NCBI GenBank assembly: GCA_022627515.1
Contig: JAKEGK010000125.1
Coordinates: forward strand, 1-54,789
From: Gammaproteobacteria bacterium
GTDB lineage: Bacteria; Pseudomonadota; Gammaproteobacteria; SZUA-152
Length of the DNA stretch: 54,789 nt
Direction: 5' to 3'
Shown: positions 48,086-54,789 of the stretch, in pieces
How positions within the stretch are numbered: position 1 is the stretch's first letter
How the letters are laid out: every line of letters starts with the position of its first letter
Position numbers and translations under genes: made by a program
Notes under the pieces: generated by a model
Database searches by the model: none
Told to the model about the DNA's origin: nothing
What the model saw: the letters and a program-made list of their open reading frames with translations, nothing else

Positions 48086-49849
48086 CTAAGACCGGCTCTT
48101 GAATTTTCCAGCATGTTTCTTTTTATGCCTGGCGGCTTTAGGTTTACCCGATTTGCTACTATCGGATTTCGCAGCCTTTTTCTCCGCGACATCCAATTTT
48201 GTAATTTGTATCGGCTTGCCAACGATGCGTACTTTTTTTAATGTTTGAAACACATCCTTGGGCATGCCGGTGGGTAAATCCACGATACTGTAGTCATTGT
48301 GAATATCCACCTTGCCGATGTATTCACTATCCAGTCCAATTTCATTGGCAATGGCGCCGACTATGTTACCGGCTTTCACACCGTGAATACTGCCCAGACC
48401 AATCCGGTAGCTTTCCATGTCAACAATATCTCTATCCTTGCGCGCCGGCTTACTTTGTGGCGATGAACTTCGTTTTTCTTTTTTGCTTTTGGGTATATCC
48501 TGCTGCGTTACTATTTCCGGCTTGCTGACAAGCAGCAATGGAACATTGCCCTGCACCATTTTTGCCAGCGCGGCGGCGATTTCCAGCGCGGGTACATCGT
48601 GTGTTTGCTGGTATTGCGCAATTAATTGATGATAAAAAGCCAGCTCTTCGGTTGCGAGCGTGTCGGTGATGCGCTGAGTGAACCGCGCAATACGTTCGTT
48701 GTTAATGGTTTCGGTGGAAGGCAGCTCCATCTTTTCAATTTTTTGCTTGGTGGCTTTTTCAATTGCGTATAACAGCCTTTGTTCCCTGGGCGCCACAAAC
48801 AAAATGGCTTCGCCACTGCGGCCGGCACGGCCGGTGCGGCCGATACGATGGACATATGCTTCTGTGTCATAGGGAATATCGAAATTGATAATGTGACTGA
48901 TGCGTTTGACATCAAGCCCGCGCGCGGCGACATCCGTCGCAACCAGAATATCCAGTTTGCCTGATTTAAGTTGTTCTACGGTTCTCTCGCGTTGCTTCTG
49001 CTGAATGTCGCCATTCAGCGGGGCGGATGCAAACCCGCGCGCCTGTAATTTTTCGGCCAATTCCACCGTGGCGGTCTTGGTTCGCACGAACACGATCATG
49101 CCGTCAAACGGTTCCGCTTCGAGAATGCGGGTCAAGGCGTCCAGTTTATGCACCCCGCTCACCGTCCAGTAGCGTTGCCGGATTGTTTCAGCGGTGGTGG
49201 TGCGCACCTGCATTGTGACTTCGACCGGCTCCCGCAAATATTTTTTTGCGATGCGCCGGATTTGCGGCGGCATGGTGGCGGAAAACAACGCCGTCTGGTG
49301 TTCGCCGGGTATTTGTTCCAGTATCCATTCGACGTCATCAATGAATCCCATGCGCAGCATTTCATCCGCTTCATCCAGCACCAGGCAGCGCAGCGTCTGC
49401 AATGACAGCGTTCCGCGGCGCATATGGTCCATCACACGTCCCGGCGTGCCGACAACGACATGCACACCCCGTTTTAATTGTCGAATTTGTCCGCTGTAAT
49501 CCTGGCCGCCATAAATTGGGAGCACATGAAAACCCGGTAAATGCGCGGCATATTTTTGGAACGCCTCCGCAACCTGGATGGCGAGTTCACGCGTGGGCGC
49601 CAGGACCAGCACCTGGGGTTGCATGGTTTTCAAGTCGATTCGTGACAATAAAGGCAACGCGAAAGCGGCGGTTTTGCCGGTGCCGGTTTGCGCCTGGCCA
49701 AGCACATCCTGTCCCGCCAGTAAATGGGGAATGGTTTGAGCTTGAATCGGGGTCGGATTTTCATAACCGGCGTCGTCAAGCGCCTTAAGCACCGGATTAA
49801 TAAGGGATAAATTACTGAACGTGACGCCGGTTTGCGAATCGGATGACAT
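48086..49849 (-). CDS. deaD: DEAD-box RNA helicase DeaD/CsdA
   Basis: Motifs AQTGTGKT, PTRELA, DEADEML, SAT and HRIGRTGRAGR, plus a C-terminal DbpA-type RNA-binding domain (GNIVGAIANE). Confidence 0.95.
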   Translation of the reverse strand: MSSDSQTGVTFSNLSLINPVLKALDDAGYENPTPIQAQTIPHLLAGQDVLGQAQTGTGKTAAFALPLLSRIDLKTMQPQVLVLAPTRELAIQVAEAFQKYAAHLPGFHVLPIYGGQDYSGQIRQLKRGVHVVVGTPGRVMDHMRRGTLSLQTLRCLVLDEADEMLRMGFIDDVEWILEQIPGEHQTALFSATMPPQIRRIAKKYLREPVEVTMQVRTTTAETIRQRYWTVSGVHKLDALTRILEAEPFDGMIVFVRTKTATVELAEKLQARGFASAPLNGDIQQKQRERTVEQLKSGKLDILVATDVAARGLDVKRISHIINFDIPYDTEAYVHRIGRTGRAGRSGEAILFVAPREQRLLYAIEKATKQKIEKMELPSTETINNERIARFTQRITDTLATEELAFYHQLIAQYQQTHDVPALEIAAALAKMVQGNVPLLLVSKPEIVTQQDIPKSKKEKRSSSPQSKPARKDRDIVDMESYRIGLGSIHGVKAGNIVGAIANEIGLDSEYIGKVDIHNDYSIVDLPTGMPKDVFQTLKKVRIVGKPIQITKLDVAEKKAAKSDSSKSGKPKAARHKKKHAGKFKSRS

Positions 49850-49940
49850 TAAAGATACCTAAGTGCAAGTGATAATATAGTTAGCGCAGTCCAGGCATTG
49901 ATCCGGCGAGCGCGGAGGGGATGTTATTTTCAAGGCATGG

Positions 49941-49955
49941 AGGCGGCGCATTATA
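49941..49955 (-). promoter_or_regulatory. Candidate -10 box and GC-rich discriminator upstream of deaD
   Basis: Minus strand reads TATAAT followed by GCGCCGCC. No well-spaced -35 box is visible. Confidence 0.35.
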
Positions 49956-50031
49956 CAACATAAATAAGTGCCGCGTTTACAAATAATCCTCAACGAAGCC
50001 GGGAGAAAATCAGAAATGATTGGCGCCCTGG

Positions 50032-51174
50032 TTATTTGCAGCCGGTCAGGGCCTTTGGAACGAGGCAATAACATTGATTGATGGAAACCCCCTGCCCCAG
50101 TTCGGATTTGCTCAGCGCTTTGCCTCCCAGGCACTCGTCAAATTTAAAATAGAAATACTTATCCAGCGTTTGCAGGGCAATGGACATGTCCTGGACGAGA
50201 AAAAAGTTATCTGTGCCGGGGTAGGAACGGAACAGTTCTGCGGAGAGATAAACACGGGCTTTACCGTCTTTTTTGACTATACGATGCGTTTCCCGGACAT
50301 GTGTTTCAGCCTGCAGAGTAAACAAGCGGGTGCGCAGTTTCTCCATGAGCGGAATCAATTTGGATTCGTGTTTTATCAATTCCTCGCGGGTGAAATGCTG
50401 CTCCAGCAGGGTGGAAAAGTAGGTATAGGGTTCAAAATCAAACTGGGACAAAATCATGGAAGACGTAACAAGATCCATGGAATCGTCTTCGATGGGTATG
50501 GGCGAGTAGTGATAATTCTCCGTGCAGGCAATGGCCTTGATAAACGCGTCCTTGGCCGTTTTGCAGGACTTTATCTGCTTTTCAATTTTGGCGGCAAAAC
50601 TGCCCGCAACGCCGCCGGTAATATCGGCTTTGACAAACTTCGGTTCCACCGCGGGTTCATAGTGTTTGCAGGTAACAAAAGGATCTTGCAGTGGCTCAAA
50701 TGCCGTGCATACACCTTCACTTTTAAACTCCCCCGTGAAGTTCCTGCAGAACTCCGCGCCGGTGCTCATTTTACAGAAGAGGCAATTGTAGTTATTTTGC
50801 TGATCCTTGCGCAGCAGGAGGCGGGACACGCCGACTTTTGGCGCCTGTTCCTGCCAATCCATGAGATAAACCGTCCGGCCCGCTTCCAGCAGATCGGCAA
50901 GCGGAATGTCGTTAAGATAGCCCGCGCCTAATATTGCAATATTATCCGGCGCAAGGGCGAGGATCAGCCTGGATATATTCTGCTTATGTTCGGCGAATGC
51001 CTTTTCACATGCGCAGAAACCTTCCCGGGTGAAGGAATTTTCACCGCTAGCTGATATATAGTTGTTCCAGAAAAACGACTTTTCCAACGTATTCTGTCCA
51101 AATCCGCTTTTCGGTGAGACTAACGATTTTCTGAGTTTCTCAACAGGATTTTCAAGTTGCCGGCTCAATCCCAC
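50032..51174 (-). CDS. Hypothetical protein with a class I SAM-methyltransferase-like fold and a Cys-rich insertion
   Basis: Motifs IAILGAGYLNDIPL, VYLMDW, FVKADIT and DLVTSSMILSQF. The insertion carries CLFC..C..C..C. Confidence 0.7.
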   Translation of the reverse strand: MGLSRQLENPVEKLRKSLVSPKSGFGQNTLEKSFFWNNYISASGENSFTREGFCACEKAFAEHKQNISRLILALAPDNIAILGAGYLNDIPLADLLEAGRTVYLMDWQEQAPKVGVSRLLLRKDQQNNYNCLFCKMSTGAEFCRNFTGEFKSEGVCTAFEPLQDPFVTCKHYEPAVEPKFVKADITGGVAGSFAAKIEKQIKSCKTAKDAFIKAIACTENYHYSPIPIEDDSMDLVTSSMILSQFDFEPYTYFSTLLEQHFTREELIKHESKLIPLMEKLRTRLFTLQAETHVRETHRIVKKDGKARVYLSAELFRSYPGTDNFFLVQDMSIALQTLDKYFYFKFDECLGGKALSKSELGQGVSINQCYCLVPKALTGCK

Positions 51175-51292
51175 TCATTCAGTATGCAAATACAAAACCA
51201 AATATAGCCGGTGGATATTTGCATTATCAAGCTGACGCATCACTTGTCTGTAACTTGTCCGCACTTAAAATGTGCCGAACAGAATTTTTATT

Positions 51293-51490
51293 AGAACCTA
51301 TCTCAAAATTTCCAATAAACCAAAGAAGTCGCGGTATTCAAGTTATCGACTCCGGCGGCGCATATCAAAACACGCTATAAATACGTCCATTCTTGTATAG
51401 AAAAGAACACTCGTTGGCGGCATCCCTGCCGCCGGCGGTTTTGAAACGTGTCCCTGTATTCTCTAACTTATTAATTGTGAGATAGATTCT
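51293..51490. mobile_element. MITE-like element, copy 2 (about 198 bp)
   Basis: Ends AGAACCTATCTCAAAATT and AATTGTGAGATAGATTCT match at 16 of 18 positions as an inverted repeat. Internal hairpin GGCGGCA-TCCC-TGCCGCC. Confidence 0.65.
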
Positions 51491-51693
51491 GCTTACTATG
51501 AACTGTATGAAGTAGTGAATCCCATGAATTAACAGGTTTTGAAATTTAAAGTTGGCCTCTTCAGGGAGTTTTAATTAGTTGATAATTTCTGTCATGTATT
51601 GATTAAAGCGGAGCAACAGCGAAACGTTTCTTTACCATACCATTATTTTTTATGGCCGCTGTTGCCAGCCGCCGGGCATACGTATGTATTGTT

Positions 51694-52208
51694 TTAATGA
51701 CTGGCTTTATTCAGAATTTCTCTTGCTGCTTCTATAGAATTGCGCCGGACGAGATTTCTTTGCGGAGCCCGGTTTATCTTATGGATAATATCCGGTAAAT
51801 CCGCATGTTTGAATCGTCCCTCATGCAGCACGTAGTCGGTGTATAAGTGAACAAGATCATTCATGTTGCCGAGAAGGCTCTTGTTATTGGTTTTGGTCAG
51901 ATTCATCTGTGAATATTCTTCCAATACCCGGTCAATAATAAAATCGTCAAAGCCCTCTATTGTTAGTAACTGTTCCACACCGTGAATAAATACGAGGGGG
52001 AAATTTCTTATGTTGTCTTTTCTTATTCCATAAATAATGAATGAAAGCAATGTTCGCTCATTCATAAAGATAATAGTTTTTTTCTATCGAGCGTGAAAAT
52101 ATTTGCGTACCAGTCACCAAGTGAAGAATCCTGGTTTTCACTTTCGGTGAGTTCACTATTTTCAACACCCAGTTCTTTTAATAATTTTTGTGTACATCTG
52201 ATTTGCAT
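51694..52208 (-). pseudogene. DUF6933-like gene split by a 1-nt frameshift in an A7 run
   Basis: From ATG 52208 the frame reads MQIRCTQKLLKELG...LGDWYANIFTLDRKK and then changes at GAT-AGA-AAA-AAA-CTA. One extra A gives ...DRKKTIIFMNERTLLSF, which joins the 123-aa ORF in the track. Confidence 0.75.
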
Positions 52209-52728
52209 GACATTATTCGGTAACAAATTGCAATTTGAGTGACTATAAATAACTGAAGCTTTGCTCCCCGGGTCAATGTAAGACGGCGTACTAAATGTTT
52301 AAAAAATATGAGATGCCGGCTTCCACTCGCATCACCCAACGTAAAACGATTGATGTAATGACCCCGCAGTGTTTTCTGATACAGCCGTATAAATAGAAAG
52401 GTTTAGTATAGAATAGATTTGGAAAGTTTGATGTATTAAATATTTTGGATTTATCCCAGCCAGAACCTTCACATTCACACCTTAATTTAGACTGATGGCA
52501 CAAACTGGCAAATCAGACGCTATAAAACGTCAGCTTTGACATTTCTGGATTATTGATAATTTGGTTAAAATTGGACTCTTTGGTTTCGCATCGCACTATT
52601 GTGGTTCACGTCACTTAATACTGATTGCGCAGCTTATCTGGAAGAATAGAGAGCATTGATTCGGAAAACTTATATTTTTAGCGCCGAGTAATTTATAGCC
52701 TAAACGGTGCTTGAGTCCTGTTTGCGCT

Positions 52729-54759
52729 TTACAGCATCTGTTCAAACTCGAGCGATGCGAGCCTGTCGCACAGTTCGCTCTCAGTTTTCTCTTTTTCCTT
52801 CTCTAGCACTTGGATCGCGTCGCGGTGCTCGCGTAACTTGTCCTCTTCCGCCGACAATTCAGATACGTAACGATCGCGCAAGCCACGCTCGCTTTCGGAA
52901 TTGCCCAGCGCTTTCAGGTTCTCGCGCAACCGCTTTTGATTGGTAAAAATGACTTCGATTTCCTTATTCAGCAGGCCGATCTTGTGCTGCAGCGCCGACA
53001 CCGTGCTGTTGAGCGACACAAGTTCCTCGATTTGCTTGGCAATCTTGGAACTAATGTATTTGCTGTTGACCCAGGACCCAATAATATCCTGACTCACGCG
53101 CTGTATTTCAATGGACTCGCTGATGCTGATTTTTTCGTTCACCGCGAACCGGGTCGTAGTTTTGGGTGGCGCGTCGATCCGGAACCTGTAGAAATTCCCG
53201 GTACGCTCGGCCGGCGCCGCTGTCTCCACCAGTTCCCACCCCGGGTTGAACCGGTGTTCCAGGAAAAGATCCAGCGGCTTGCCGCTCTTATTGTTAATGA
53301 TATAAGTGCGCGTATCGATGACATAGCGATGCAGGTGCATCGTGCCGCGCACGATGCGGCTCAAATAGTAAGGCATGTTCTTTTTTGAGGTGTCGATTGA
53401 AATAACACAACCCAACTCAACAGAAAAAGGAATAAGCCGCTCTTCATCGGGCTTAATGGTCTCAATCATCGCTTCGCCCGCGTAATACTCGTCCTCCAGC
53501 ACCGTCATCGGCCCGCCTTCCAGCACGTTGCCGGTGGTATTCTTGAACAGAATCGCCGATATTGGATTCTTTGCGCGAACCTCAGTATTGTAGACCGCCA
53601 CGCGTTTGCCATCGAAAGTTGTCTGCAGGATAGGCACCAGCGCCGATTGACCGCGTTTGACGGTGACGGGATTTTTGATTTTATAATGGAACAGATCGCC
53701 GGCCTCCATCGTGCGCGTTTGCACCTCCACCGAACGCTGACGCGCGTCTTCTTTTAGGGACGCCGACACGGAGCGTTTCGCTAACCGCGTTTTTTCCAAT
53801 GACGGCATGGGGGCAGCAGCCGCGGCAAAGGGCATGCGCGCTCTCTCTGGTTCCTCTGTAAAAATCTCATCCGCCATTTCCAAAACCGGCGGGGCGTACG
53901 CCTGCTCTGCTTGTACCTGGACAATGGGCCGCTTCTGATACCGGGGTGAATAGAGATCGTGTATGAACGAAACCGGCAAGCCGGCCACCAGTGACAGCTC
54001 AACATTCTCCCAGTCCTCGTCTTGCGTGTTGTCCACCAGCGCCCAGCCCTGCAGCAACGGCTTGCCTTTGCCCAGCAGCAGGCGGTAGGACGTCTTCCAC
54101 ACGGGTGTCTCGACCACATAACTGGCGAGAATCCTCCGCTCGCCCTTGCCTTTGGCAAAAATAGTGAGCTTTTTAAGATCCTTTTTCTTAGCCGAAATCA
54201 GGATATCGAGCAGGTGTTGCAGATCCTTGCGCAGGCTCTCGTCGAGGAAAACAATGGAAGTGATATCCAGCAGGTCATACGACTGGAGCGACTCGCCGTT
54301 CACCAGCAAGGCCAGTCGATAACTTGTGAGTGTGGTGTCATTCTCTTTTCGCGTGACCGTTTCGATACCAATCACGGTGCCCGTGATCTGTTTCGCGCCA
54401 ACGTGCACGTAGACGCGCGCCCCTTTGGCCTGCGACAGCAAGTTCGTCAGCGAATTGTTATCCGAAAGATGAAGGCTGGTATCCTCCAATTGCTTTTCGA
54501 CCGGCTTGGTCGATTCGTAACTAATGCTGGCAATCAACCCATTATCCAAATCCAGCGTAGTGAGCGATTTAAGCACATCGTTCATCTCCGCCGCCTTGAA
54601 GAACAGATCAACCGTTGCGTCACCCCGTATCGCGCCAACGCGCTCAAAATAGCCTATGCCATGCTTAAACAGGGCGATCTTGCAGATAGGCAGTGTGTGG
54701 TCTGTTGTATCCCCGGATTTCGGCTGGCGGCTAACAGGCGAACTGGATTTCTTTTTCAT
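52729..54759 (-). CDS. DUF4139/DUF4140-family protein
   Basis: Motifs LPICKIALFKHGIGYFER, MNDVLKSL, PVWKTSYRL, LQGWALVDNTQDEDWENVELSL and FHYKIKNPVTVKRGQSALVP; C-terminal coiled coil; no signal peptide. Confidence 0.85.
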   Translation of the reverse strand: MKKKSSSPVSRQPKSGDTTDHTLPICKIALFKHGIGYFERVGAIRGDATVDLFFKAAEMNDVLKSLTTLDLDNGLIASISYESTKPVEKQLEDTSLHLSDNNSLTNLLSQAKGARVYVHVGAKQITGTVIGIETVTRKENDTTLTSYRLALLVNGESLQSYDLLDITSIVFLDESLRKDLQHLLDILISAKKKDLKKLTIFAKGKGERRILASYVVETPVWKTSYRLLLGKGKPLLQGWALVDNTQDEDWENVELSLVAGLPVSFIHDLYSPRYQKRPIVQVQAEQAYAPPVLEMADEIFTEEPERARMPFAAAAAPMPSLEKTRLAKRSVSASLKEDARQRSVEVQTRTMEAGDLFHYKIKNPVTVKRGQSALVPILQTTFDGKRVAVYNTEVRAKNPISAILFKNTTGNVLEGGPMTVLEDEYYAGEAMIETIKPDEERLIPFSVELGCVISIDTSKKNMPYYLSRIVRGTMHLHRYVIDTRTYIINNKSGKPLDLFLEHRFNPGWELVETAAPAERTGNFYRFRIDAPPKTTTRFAVNEKISISESIEIQRVSQDIIGSWVNSKYISSKIAKQIEELVSLNSTVSALQHKIGLLNKEIEVIFTNQKRLRENLKALGNSESERGLRDRYVSELSAEEDKLREHRDAIQVLEKEKEKTESELCDRLASLEFEQML

Positions 54760-54789
54760 TTTTATGCTCCCTGGTGGACTGGCGTGATA

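Noticed and set aside
50020-50931. 303-aa plus-strand ORF
   Set aside because: It is antisense to the 380-aa methyltransferase-like gene and has no recognisable motifs.
1-54789. CRISPR arrays, rRNA/tRNA genes, integrase, transposase or reverse transcriptase genes
   Set aside because: I recognised no regularly spaced repeat-spacer array or such gene by eye. Small RNAs could have been missed without a covariance search.

Overview
This looks like chromosomal DNA from a gammaproteobacterium, probably a sulfur-oxidising or denitrifying chemolithotroph (inferred from gene content). The left half (about 1.9-28 kb) is one minus-strand run of ten closely spaced genes. It encodes a secreted protein, three TPR proteins (two of them lipoproteins), a small GltF-like protein, an ExbB/MotA-type subunit, two ExbD/TolR-type subunits and a TonB-C (AgmX/PglI, GltG-like) transducer, which together match the Agl-Glt 'core' motor. 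These are followed directly by a giant protein of about 5,190 aa. The giant protein has 18 DUF11-like domains with the Lys/Asp/Asn isopeptide signature, SdrD-B-like domains, 3-4 OmpA-like peptidoglycan-binding domains and a C-terminal beta-barrel region of about 900 aa carrying a SprA-like motif. This is the best candidate for an undescribed system: a proton-motor-driven apparatus that exports, displays or pulls on a giant adhesin. One of its two ExbD subunits has Asn in place of the proton-carrying Asp. The middle (33-44 kb) is rich in heme proteins: an octaheme lipoprotein built from four repeats, a PKD-dodecaheme cytochrome, a DsrC/TusE homologue lacking its C-terminal cysteines, a YncE-like propeller protein, norCB with no adjacent norQD, and a small monoheme protein. 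The window also holds a partial transaldolase, a response regulator, a thioesterase, chrA, a Ser/Thr kinase, deaD, a frameshifted DUF6933-like gene, a DUF4139 protein and two MITE-like elements with shared inverted ends. All family assignments come from reading motifs by eye; no database searches were run.
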